Shown in pieces: positions 27,481-39,064 of a DNA stretch of 64,000 bases (within the stretch, counting starts at the first letter, position 1; every line of letters begins with the position of its first letter). The notes under the pieces are model-generated. The model had not been told where the DNA came from, ran no database searches, and was given only the letters and a program-made list of their open reading frames with translations. The stretch comes from Octopus sinensis (taxonomy: Eukaryota): the NCBI RefSeq assembly GCF_006345805.1, contig NC_043007.1, positions 39,494,001 to 39,558,000 on the forward strand, in the 5' to 3' direction. The position numbers were made by a program, and so were the translations under genes.

Positions 27481-28056
27481 TCCGTTTCCTGAAACTTTAT
27501 TGTATAGATGAGACCCTTAAACTATCAATGCTTATAAAATAATTGAATGTCCTTATCCCTGTTTCCAGTCTTCTTTTTATAAATTTTTATAAATTTTAAA
27601 ATTGAAATTGATGTGAATTTTTTTTCTTTTCCATTCTTCTATTTTCTATTTTCAAATTATAAGTGGTCTTCCTTGAAACTAGCACTGTTCAGTTTTCCCA
27701 TTGATAGCCTGTATTGTATTGTATTGTATTGTATTGTATTGTATTGTATTGTTGAAGTTGTTTATTTAAGTACGTATACTAACTTCCAGATAATTGAGAG
27801 TGTTAATTACTTATGTTACTGAGGTCATTACACTACAAACCCTAGGAGTTATCACTTCTTTCTCTTCCTTCTGAGGCCAAATTTAACCTTGTACAACAAT
27901 ATAATTGCCACCCAGAAATATATTCCTATTTAAAAAGTTTTATAAGTTTTGTATGGAGACGAACACCACTGTCCCATGCAATAAGGTTAAAAATTGTTAA
28001 GAAATACATAGCTCTTCTCTTAACAGGAAACCAATGGTAGCCTGATTAAATCACTG

Positions 28057-28116
<60 letters not shown>

Positions 28117-28125
28117 GTGTGTGTG

Positions 28126-28159
<34 letters not shown>

Positions 28160-28240
28160 GTGTGTGTGTGTGTGCATACATACATATATGTGTGTGTGTC
28201 TATATTATATGCATGTATGTATATGAACTCATATATATAT

Positions 28241-28274
<34 letters not shown>

Positions 28275-28283
28275 ATATATATA

Positions 28284-28441
28284 CTTTATTTAAAGCAGCA
28301 GAAAATTCAACAAAATCTGTTACTCTGAGTTTCTCGTTGCCGTTCATTAGACAGTTTTTTCTAGCAAAAACTGTCTGATGAACGGCAACGAGAAACTCAG
28401 AGTAACAGATTTTGTTGAATTTTCTGCTGCTTTAAATAAAG
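28284..28441. repeat. Fold-back palindrome (76-77 bp arms, spacer CTAGC), Penelope pLTR-like
   Basis: Arms 28284-28360 and 28366-28441 differ by one substitution and one homopolymer length. The same family occurs at 44695-44915. Confidence 0.93.
28366..28413 (+). ncRNA. Minimal type-I hammerhead ribozyme motif
   Basis: aaaaactgt-CTGATGA-a cg gcaa cg a-GAAA-ctcagag-TA|acagatttt: intact core boxes, stem I 8/9 pairs, quasi-palindromic stem III, GUA site at 28402-28404. Confidence 0.75.
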
Positions 28442-28539
28442 CATATTACTCTACCACTGGTATTTGAGTACTCTTTTTTCCACCTTGTTTCACATTTATG
28501 TGCTTACTCCGGTATATATATATATATATATATGTGTGT

Positions 28540-28580
<41 letters not shown>

Positions 28581-28666
28581 TATATATAATGGATAATAAA
28601 ACGAATGGTTTCCACCTGGTAGCATACTGGTAAACCACGGTCACTTTCAAAGTGATCGTTAGGTAA

Positions 28667-28792
28667 ATAACAAATGAAAGACAGATGGAATATACAAGAA
28701 TATATTATCACTCACAACAATTGTCGAAACAATTGTTGTTGTGATTAATAATATATTCTCGTGTATTCCATCTTCTGTCTTTCATTTGTTAT
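28667..28792. repeat. Imperfect fold-back palindrome (~60-bp arms, CGAA loop)
   Basis: ataacaaatgaaagacagatggaatatac...acaattgt-cgaa-acaattgt...gtattccatcttctgtctttcatttgttat. Confidence 0.85.
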
Positions 28793-28812
28793 ATATATAT
28801 ATATATATATAT

Positions 28813-28859
<47 letters not shown>

Positions 28860-28929
28860 TAGATATAGATATAGATATAGATATAGATACATACATACAC
28901 ACAAATATATATATATATTATATATATAA

Positions 28930-29922
28930 GAAAATAGTAAAGTGTGAAAAAACGACAGAAGGCTTAAATGTTAAAAAATATATATATTTGTGTCAAAATG
29001 TCTGGAGAATATTGGAAAAATTTTTTTTCCTTTCCTTAAAATGACATAATTTTTAAAATTTTTAAAGAAATTACCGGTTTCGCGTGTAGCTTTTCAAATT
29101 TCTTGTGACGTTATGTTTATATTGCATGGAATTATCGTTGTTTTTATTTCCAGGAGATTTCTAAATAAGGGGAGGTAGTGAGTGATTTTTTCCGGTGTAG
29201 GGGAGATAATCGCTTAAAAATTTTTTTTTTCCCTTTTCCTTGTTAATTTCTCTGTGTCAGTATGTTCGGATGGTTGAGTCTGGGTTTGTACTTTTCAATG
29301 AAGAATGTTTCCTTGTTCAGTCTCATTTGTTTGATGATCCGAAAGCACATTGGTAAAATGGGAAGATTAAAAATTGTGGCAGTAGTTGCTTTGCGCATTT
29401 CTCAATGTGCTCACTAAAAGGTATCATTCTATATTCTGGGAATGCAATCTGTTGTCGATGCAGTGTGCATCTGCGCCTGAGTGATAGTCCCGTGGAACCC
29501 ACGTAGTCTTGGTGGCAGCCCGAGCATTTAATAACATAAATTATGTTTTCAGAGGCACAAGTGAAGTTAGATTTGATCTTAAATTTCTGTCCCTCTTTAA
29601 AGAAGAATTCTGATCCTTCCAATAGGTTAGGACATGTTGCTCTCATTTGTGTTGATGATCCGAAAGCACATTGGTAAAATGGGAAGATTAAAAATTGTGG
29701 CAGTAGTTGCTTTGCGCATTTCTCAATGTGCTCACTAAAAGGTATCATTCTATATTCTGGGAATGCAATCTGTTGTCGATGTAGTGTGCATCTGCGCCTG
29801 AGTGATAGTCCCGTGGAACCCACGTAGTCTTGGTGGCAGCCCGAGCATTTAATAACATAAATTATGTTTTCAGAGGCACAAGTAAAGTTAGATTGATCTT
29901 AAATTTCTGTCCCTCTTTAAAG
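28930..29922 (-). mobile_element. Penelope-like element 3' end: tandemly duplicated GIY-YIG endonuclease segment plus terminal repeat region
   Basis: KSNFTCASENIIYVIKCSGCHQDYVGSTGLSLRRRCTLHRQQI and C-terminal KETFFIEKYKPRLN are PLE GIY-YIG motifs. The 320-321 bp unit is duplicated. The terminus is homologous to 46880-47049. Confidence 0.9.
29065..29104 (-). ncRNA. Minimal type-I hammerhead ribozyme, U3-A8 core variant
   Basis: Minus strand: aagaaat-TTGAAAA-gc tacac gc-GAAA-ccgg-TA|atttctt. Perfect 7-bp stem I, G10.1-C11.1 pair, palindromic ACCGGT stem III. It lies ~140 nt downstream of the GIY-YIG stop on the same strand. Confidence 0.75.
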
Positions 29923-29984
29923 GGACATATATATATATATATATAATATATATATATATTAATATATATATAATATATATGAGT

Positions 29985-30024
<40 letters not shown>

Positions 30025-30689
30025 CAATTAATAGCATCAGATAAAGTTTCAGATAATCGCGTATCCATTACAGACATTAGGCTAACAGTCCCTTTAGTAA
30101 TTCAATAGAGAGAAGTGCAATGCAGGGTGTCTGTGCAGATGAAATCCAGGGCATATGATCGATGAACTTTATCTCATGAGGAGAATATACACCATAAATG
30201 TCAGGAGGTATGCGACACCCTTAGGGTTACGGCCGTTTCGCATCATTCTTCATATATACAAACATACACACATACATACATGCATACATACATGCATGCA
30301 TACAAAAGTACTATCTACGTACTTGCGTACATACATGCATTCATACGTAAGTACTTCGTACATGCATACATACATACATACATACATACATACATGCATA
30401 CATACATACATACATACATACATACATACATACATACATACATGCATGCATACATGCATACATGCATACATGCATACATGCATACATGCATACATACATA
30501 CATACATACATACATACATACATACATACATACATACATACATACATACATACATACATACATACATGCATGCATACATGCATACATGCATACATGCATA
30601 CATGCATACATGCATACATACATACATACATACATACATACACAAACAAAACCAGAATTTTGCAATATTATTTTGTTCACTTAAATTTA

Positions 30690-31320
30690 CATGTTTACAC
30701 TTTTATCACTTTCAAAGTATTCTCCATTTGAAGCAATGCTTTGGCCCAGGCGCGTTTTCCACCATTGGAAGCAGTTCTGGAACTCTTACGAAGAGTTGCC
30801 TTTTAATGCCTCCGTCGTTTTTCCTTTCACCCCTTCCACATCCGCAAATTCCATAGCACCGGCGGCTTTCGTCACCAGTGATGTCCTTCGAAAAAAGGTC
30901 CGGATCAAATTCCAACTATTCTTTCAGCTCACGACACACATTCAGTCATGACTGGTTTTGATCTTCTGTGAGCAAGCAAGGCACAAGTTTCGGTGCAACT
31001 CTTTTCATTCTTAATTTCTCGCTCAAAATTCATTGGCAAGACCACCAAGACGCACAGTCATATCAACAAGTTCGTCAATTGTTCGGTGACGGTCCTGATG
31101 TTTTCATGATGTTTTCATTCCTTCGGAAGTTCAACGGTCGTCCTGAATGAGGTTGGTCTACAAGCATCAAGTGACCATTCTTAAAGCAAGGAAACCACTC
31201 GTAAACTTGTGTTTTGCTCATGGCAGCGTCCTTGTGAGCTGTTTGAAGCATGACAGCTCTTTCGACAACCATCATCACTCCAATTTTTACATGAATTGCT
31301 ACCCAAGCATCGCTCCATTT
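30690..31320 (-). mobile_element. Internally deleted mariner transposase relic
   Basis: MLQTAHKDAAMSKTQVYEWF...DQPHSGRP (N-term HTH), DPDLFSKDITGDES (first catalytic D), EFQNCFQWWKTR..SIASNGEYFE (C-term). Confidence 0.85.
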
Positions 31321-32429
31321 TTCTTCAACTTTCCACCTCCCTCAAGGGGGGAAATACCGCCCACTTTGGGAACCACTGGTTTAGTGAATAAGTCGATGTC
31401 AGTAAATACAGAAAAGCTGCATCACTGACAGAAGTTGTACACTGATATACACATTCACTTAATTTGGTTCTCTCTCAATCAACTCCAAGAGTTCGCGAAT
31501 GTCGAAGTTTCTTCCAAACTTCAAAAAGAATTTCGACGGTTTTCTCAAAGTCGATGACTTGAATAGCTCCTACTGGATGAAGTCATAGGAAGGTGATTTC
31601 CAAAGTTATATGTATGTTTCTCATGTTTTACTAACTACTTCAAAACGGTGCTTTGTAGTGGAGAGGAAATTATTTTCAGTTTCAGACTCCTCATATCTCA
31701 AAGCATATATAATACTACATTTTTTCACGGAGAGCAGGGGAGGATGGATCAGACGGAAATCCACCCCACAACCTCTGTGGGGTTGGGACTGCATGCCCTA
31801 GTTTCCTAGTCACCCTTCGCCACTGAGATATATATATATATATATATATATAAGAACAAACAAGGTACTCAGAAATCTGGATGGTTTTATATTTACAGAT
31901 ATTTACTAATATGTCACATGTTTTTATAAATCATATTTTATAGCTTGCGTCCACTCTAGTGGAGTTTTCAGATTGAATCTTTTAAAGAGATTTGTCTCTT
32001 TTTATAGTATTTTTGAGTGTGTAGGGGTGGAGATATCTATAAGATAGTACGAGAGGGTGAGGAATGGGGAAAAAGTGAGTGTGTGTGTGTGTGTGCTTTT
32101 GAATCTGAAAGGAGTGTCAATGGAAAAGAGAAGGAAAGAAAGAAGGAAGAGAGAAAGAAGAAAAAAATGTGTTGACATCTTTGCAGCTGGTCAGTTCTTT
32201 TAATAGAAAGTGATTCTTGGCTTTTAGAAATGGCAAACTGAGGTGGCCACTCCAAGGGGGGGAAATGTTATTTTTCAAAAAATTGTCTGGATTTCTTTTT
32301 ATCATTGTCTTGTGAGTGAGTGTGTGTATGTGTGTGTATTTGCGCATGTGTGTGTGGGTGTCCGTGTATCTGAAAGGAATGTCAATGGAAAAGAAAACGA
32401 AAGAAAGAAGGGAGGAAGAAAAAAAACAT

Positions 32430-32625
32430 GTGTTGCAACACATTTTTTGGACAACTGCTTATGACGTAGGTGACATCTTCGGTATTAACTCCGCAAAGTC
32501 TGCATTGGTTGTCATATTTTACTGCTTTTCCTGCATCTCTATCCCTTTTGTGCACCAGATAGTGAGTTGATATTTCCCGTTCCTGGATTGCAAACGCATA
32601 CTCTTCAAAGTGGTAACAATGTCCA
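32430..32625 (-). mobile_element. Dong/R4 internal fragment (zinc-knuckle region)
   Basis: HFEEYAFAIQEREISTHYLVHKRDRDAGKAVKYDNQCRLCGVNTEDVTYVISSCPK, paralogous to 39075-39245. Confidence 0.85.
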
Positions 32626-32887
32626 CAAATACGCATACATACATATATATATGTTCATACACATGACACTGACGCACACATGCGCACAAACAAACAAACA
32701 AACACAAAGAACGCAGCTCCGATAATGGACAGACTCCACAACCATTGAAGAGGTTGCAAGAAGCAACGAAAATTTTAGGAAAGAAAAGTGATAAATGAGG
32801 GGAAATTAAACCCGTGAGTGTGTTAATTAATAAGGCATTAAAACGGAATGACTCTTCCCAGACACAATAATACATAGATATATATAC

Positions 32888-32928
<41 letters not shown>

Positions 32929-32964
32929 CATATATATATATATATATACATATATATAAATATA

Positions 32965-33265
32965 TATCAGCATCACCATCACGTGACCGACCAGTCCATC
33001 AGATGTAGTTACACATCGCTGGTCACAATGCGTTCGCATTGTTTTAGCCTTCGAATGACGCCACCCCGCTGGCTAAGCGAGCAGGCCAACAGAAGAAAGA
33101 GTGGGAGAAAGAGTGGTGAAAGAGTACAGCAAGGATCACCACCCCCTGCCGGAGCCTCGTGGAGCTTTTAGGTGTTTTCGCTCAATAAACACTCACAACG
33201 CCCGGTCTGGGAATCAAAACCGCGATCCTACGACCGCGAGTCCGCTGCCCTAACCACTAGGCCAT
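32965..33265 (-). mobile_element. tRNA-derived SINE family C
   Basis: Reverse-complement head gtggaggcgcaatggcctagtggttagggcagcggactcgcggtcgtaggatcgcggttttgattccc. Confidence 0.87.
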
Positions 33266-33273
33266 TGCGCCTC

Positions 33274-33315
<42 letters not shown>

Positions 33316-34004
33316 CACACACATATATATATATGTGTGTGTGACGTATGTATGTATATTTGTACGTAAATATGAATGTATATGCGTATAATTATATACA
33401 CCCATGCGATTCCTATACATTAATAGATGGCTGCAACAGTTGACATGTTTACGCCAATGCGTCAGTAACTTACGCAAATATACACAGATGCACACATAAG
33501 TAAACGCACACACACACACACATATACGCACACACTCCACTTACACCCCCACCCCCACCCCCACACTCCTCGTCGCACTCCCCCTACACTCCCCCACCAC
33601 ACGTGTGTGTCTGTATGCTCCGAACACATGATACAAAGACAATAAACTTCCTATTAGAAATATTTTAAGAATGATGGGAACGACTACATTTCGTACATCT
33701 TTCCTTACCTCTTTATAGAACATGGAAATTTGAAGTTGATTGTTTGAAGTGGAGTTGGATGGATATAGCTGTAAGTACGTATATATATGTGTGTGTGTAT
33801 ACGCGTGTGTGTATATGTGTCTGAATGTATGTATGCGTGTGTCTGTATGTGTGTGTGTGTGTATATGTGAGCGCATGAGTTTGTGTATGTGTGTGTGTGT
33901 ATGTGAGTGTATGTGCATGTGAGTGTGTAATCTTATATTTTCTATATTAACAGATGACCTCGAAAAATTTAGTTCCATGCACAAACATCTAAATACACAC
34001 ACGT

Positions 34005-34064
<60 letters not shown>

Positions 34065-34159
34065 AGTTAGTCTAAACATCAACAAGCAAAAACAAACAAC
34101 AACGTGAGGACGTGGGAAGTACAGTGTTTTTGGACCCTCAGGAAAAGGAAGAAAAGTAG

Positions 34160-35092
34160 TAGCAATCTCTTTTGAAAAATGGACAGAATTTGGCATTGTG
34201 GATTTATCAAAGACCTGCAGAAAAAGGTTTTAACCCCCAAAAGCATTCATGCTGATATGGTTGCTGCATTAGGGGAGGGCACTCTATCTCTTTCAATAGT
34301 ACAAAAGTGGGCAACTAAATTTAACAGGGCAAGGGAGAATTTTCAACATGACCCCCGCGGAAAAAATTTATTATGTTCGCAACGTGGTGATGGGTGACTG
34401 GTGATTGACGATAAATCAAATAACCAATGCGATTAACATATCTCGTGAGAATGTTGAGAACGTTCTGCACAATGAACTTGACATGACGAAGGTTTTTCTA
34501 CTCAGTGGATACCATGTCTTCGGACACCTGATCAAAAGCGCACCAGGCTCTAATATTTTTTCAGACATATCCAACTAGTTTCGTTGAACATTTCGTAACC
34601 TATGTTGAATGCTGGGTTCATCACTTTGAGCCAGAGACAGAGCGCCAGTCCATGCTGCTGAAACACCCCTCTTCACCGGCTCCAAAAAAGGCTAACGTCG
34701 TTTCATCTGCAGAGTAGGAGACGGTCTAAGTGTTTTGAGATGCAAAAGACATTATGTTTATTAACTACCTTCAAAGGGCTACACCATCAGTGGAGACGAC
34801 TATGACAACTTGCTGACGCAGTTACGAAAGGCTATCAAAACCAAACGGCTAGGAAAACGGACAAAAGGAGTCTTCTTCCATTAGGACAATGCTCCAGTAC
34901 ACAAGATCTTGGCTTCAATGATTGTTGTGTGTAACTGTGAATTTGAGCTGGTTGAGTACCCTACCTATTTTCCTGATTTGGCCCAATTTGTCTATCATCT
35001 ATTCCCCAACATGAAAGACCAATTGGCTAGGAAGCAGTATTGCAGTGATGACGTCGAATCTGCTGTTGATGATTTGTTTTTCATTAGTCAAT
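34160..35092 (+). mobile_element. Degenerate mariner transposase
   Basis: LTPKSIHADMVAALGE...VQKWATKFNRARENFQHDPR, xDNAPVH, and VEYPTYFPDLAQFVYHLFPNMK (cf. HPPYSPDLAPSDYHLF); contains stops and frameshifts. Confidence 0.87.
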
Positions 35093-35094
35093 CT

Positions 35095-36545
35095 TTCTTT
35101 GGAGTGATGTCTTTATCCTTTTGAGAGACTGCAGTAAGGGCTTTTTAGCCTCATCTGGGGCACCGAGGTATTTTGGTGCAACTTATTTCTATCTCCAAGA
35201 AGTTTATTGATCTGTAAATCGTTTTCATCATACCAGTCCCGATGTTTTCTGTTTCTGAGACCAAGAACCTCAACTCCAACATTATAAATAGTGATCTTAA
35301 ACTGAACCCAAGTCCCATCAAATTCCGCTTCTCCAATAGCATTTCTAAGATTCGCTTGCACCCCAGAGTCCCATAATTTCAACACATCAATGCTTTTATT
35401 CCTCCAGATCTTATTCTACGCATGATGCGGCGTTTCAATTTACCACGTATGAGCATATGGTCAGTCCCACATTCTGCACCTCGCATGACTCGAACAGTGC
35501 AAACATATGGAAGGTTTCGTTTCCTGGTGATAAGGTAATCAAGAATATGCCCATGTTTGGATCTTGGGTGCGTCCAGGTAGTTTTATGGATAGCCTTCTG
35601 ATGAAAAGCAGTGTTGCAGATGATGAGATCAAGTACAGTGCAGAGCTGAAGAAGACGGAGACAATTAGCGTTCATTTTGCCCAAATCATGTCTCCATAGT
35701 GCATCTCAGGTCTCATAATTGCATCCAAAACGGGCGTTGAACTCGCCAAGATGGAGGATCTTAGCTGCATTTGGATTTGAAATCATAACCGATCTGAGAT
35801 CTTCACAGAAAGCCAGAATAGATTCAGTGCTGCTATCAAGAGTAGGAGCATAAACAGAGATAACAGTCATAAAACGATTGCATGATAAAGGAGCTCGAAG
35901 ATACATAATCCTATCACTGAAACCATTAAGTTGTTCTATTTTGTGGGTTAACTCGGTACGAATGGCAAAGCCAACACACCTACATGTTATTCACCCATTG
36001 GTTTACCCTTCCAAAAGAAAGCGTATCCAGCACCTGTGTCAGTCAACTGATCTTCATCACTCAACCGAGTTTCAGAGAGTGCAGCAAGCTCAACGTTATA
36101 CCGTGCCAACTCGTTGGCTATTATGCTAGTTCGCCATTCAGAGTTACTTGACCCTTCATGATCAAGAAGTGTCCTGACATTCCATACACCTACCCACAAT
36201 CTAGATTTCTTGCTTGCATGTTTTCTCTTTGTATTCCTCCTGCTGTAGTGAACAGCTGTCAGTTGAAGGTTGCTGACCAGCTTGATCGTAGAACTGGCAT
36301 TTGTTTGGGTAACTTTTTCTAGACCTTTCCCAGATTTCTGGGTGAGCAGTGCTACTATAGAGAGGGCTGCTCAGACGCTCTCAACCGCGCCAAAGCATGC
36401 TGCTGTTCTTTTAACAATGCAGCGACCTTAGATGGGCCCCGAGCCGCTCACGTACAGATTCGTGACTATGCGCTCCCAGGCCGTTAAGCCCACACATGTC
36501 GCCACTATTCCATCGCCGTGGGACTCGAAGAGATATCTGTACATT
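35095..36545 (-). mobile_element. RTE/BovB-like LINE, 5' UTR plus APE endonuclease; RT half missing
   Basis: VWNVRTLLD...IIANELARYNVELAALSETRL...GAGYAFFWKG; VISVYAPT...LGEFNAR; TTWTHPRSKHGHILDYLITR...CGTDH. Confidence 0.92.
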
Positions 36546-36889
36546 TAAATATCAATGACACACGCTTGTACCACACGTATACCACCCACTCCTCCTCCAA
36601 AATCTGATATCTAGTGACAAACCAAGGCAAGATGACTGCGTGATTATGGAGGTCGCATGTTTTATTATCCAAGAGTTTAAACTACCCAGTGGTTTTATAT
36701 CAGAGTCCTTCTCCCAGTTTTTGCGCAACCAAAGGCTAACTGCAAGACAGCAATGAAGGATTCGAATTCGGAGTTAACTTTTCCTAGACAGATTGCCTTC
36801 CCCACGGTTTTATTAAACCTATGAGCTCCATCTACCCCTTTAACTACATCCACAAATACATACAAATCAAATAAAATAAAAGTAGAAAT

Positions 36890-36926
<37 letters not shown>

Positions 36927-37536
36927 ACGTGCACGCAATATACACATATATTGAAGAATTAAAAATGTAAATAGATATATATAAATAAATATACACACAC
37001 ACGCCCAACACTCACCCACAGTTCACAACAAAAAAACACGCACCTAACACACACATCCACAATTCAGCCCACTATATACGTACATATAGTAATTGGGTGG
37101 CCGTTGATTCTTAAGAGTTCTTCTGCTCTTTTACAGGTCTTGTTTTTAGTCCTGCAGGGGGCCCAGTACACACTCTCCTCACCAAGTGGAATTCGTGGGG
37201 GGAGCCGGTTTAGTCGCCGACGCCCGACCATGCGACATGTAGTACTGGGTGACATGGTACCGGTAGTGTAAACGACTTGACATAACAAACATACATACAT
37301 ACATACATACATACAGGAGAATGCAAATCCCTAATTCGTATGCTACAAACGATCACACTTTCTGGGACTGCAGCACTCTGCAAGACCTTCTTAAGATTTA
37401 AAGGATGATAGCTAAATCATGATATGTTCCTTCACAACCTTGCCACCAAATATGTGGCCGGTCGAAATTTACTCTAAATGAAAAAGAGAAAGAGAAGACA
37501 TACATACATACATACATACATACATACATACATACA

Positions 37537-37568
<32 letters not shown>

Positions 37569-38092
37569 CCTTCAACTAGCTAAAGTTCCAGTGAACATAA
37601 TGAAAGTCTTGGCTGACCTAACTTCATCGTGAGCCGCCATCTTGAAGTTAAATACAAGGTATGATTATATTATCACTGATAGAGTACAGTACTGCAGAGC
37701 TATATTCTAAGGGGACAGCCTCTTTGTAAAGCCCTTGTCATCCAGTTAAAAGGAAGTCTGAAGGATATCTCACTGGTTCAAAAGGCAATAGAAATACCAA
37801 AATTACACAGTTTCTTTGTGGATGACTTGAAACTATAAGCAAAGAGTATGTATGCATGAGATGAAAAAGAGCCTTGATCTGGTTACAACATTCTCATAGG
37901 ACATAGGGTTGGAATTTGGTCAGGATAAATGTTACTATATGTTTGTGAAAAGAGGAAAACTGTAAAACAGACTCAATGACTTAATTGTTTCCCCTGTATT
38001 TGACGAAATTTGTCACAGTTACCTTAGGGTGCATGAAAACATATCTTACGATGGCACTTTTAACAAAGGTCAAGCGTCACTAAAGAATATTA

Positions 38093-38296
38093 CAATAATC
38101 CCTCAACTATCGTGGGTGTTACGTTCCATCCCGACCCCATAGGTGAAAATCCGCGAAGTAGAAACAGTACTGTACTGTATATTTTTTTTAATAATTTTTA
38201 TAATTTTTATATATTTATTTTATTATAAATGCAAAATAGCACGGAGTAATCGACGTAAACTTAAATAATAAACCGCGATATGGCGAGAGATTATTG
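38093..38296. mobile_element. Tigger/pogo-like MITE with TA target duplication, inserted in the Dong/R4 ORF
   Basis: TA|CAATAATCCCTCAACTATCGTGG ... CCGCGATATGGCGAGAGATTATTG|TA. The Dong reading (KEYY/SxIKKI) resumes across it. Confidence 0.85.
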
Positions 38297-38861
38297 TACA
38301 GCTGAATAAAGAAAATATAGAGCTCGGAACTTTCTGCATTCAATAAAACTGTGATCCACAATGTATTTGCCGTGCCAGTATTCATACCAACATTTTGGGC
38401 TTCTTGATTGGACGCTTGACGAGATCCAAGCCATTGATGTGGAAACCCGGAAGATACAAACCAGCGCGCATAATTCCCACATCAACAGTGACGTAGACCG
38501 CCTGTACCTAAAACGAAAACAAGGCGGCAGAGGCTTAACATCAATCCAGGCTGCCTTTGAATGTCATATCATATCCCTTCGGCAACATCTTTTAACTACC
38601 AAGTGTCGAAGTGCAAGCCTTGACCAAGTTTGCATACATGAAGCTAATAACATCATGAGACTTGGAAAGCAGCATTTCTGGTCTTAATTACATACGCAAA
38701 GTCACATGATTCTACCGCAATATATCACCACATGAAAGAATGAGGGTATATCAGCAGAAGACCATGCATGGATATGTTAAAAAACTCCGAGGAGATAGTA
38801 ATATTGATCATGAAAGCAGTCTATCATGGACCAACAACCAGATGACCAACTCCCACTTTGA

Positions 38862-39064
38862 ATAATATCTTTGGGTATAAAAATACCTATATTAGCTTTG
38901 TTGCATTTATATACTCATGCTATATTTAAGGCGTTATTATTTTTATGTGGCGGGAATATTATTCATTGTTATTGTGGTGCTCAGGATATTCGAGATATTA
39001 AAGGAGTTAGATATAATTTACCTTTTACTAGGATTATTCTTAATATTTCAAATATGGCGTTATG
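38862..39064 (+). pseudogene. ND5: NUMT: mitochondrial ND5 fragment
   Basis: In the invertebrate mitochondrial code: MMSLGMKMPMLALLHLYTHAMFKALLFLCGGNIIHCYCGAQDIRDIKGVSYNLPFTSIILNISNMAL, with the ND5 signature HxxTHAxFKALLFxCxGxxIH...QDIR. AT/T-rich, unlike its flanks. Confidence 0.95.
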
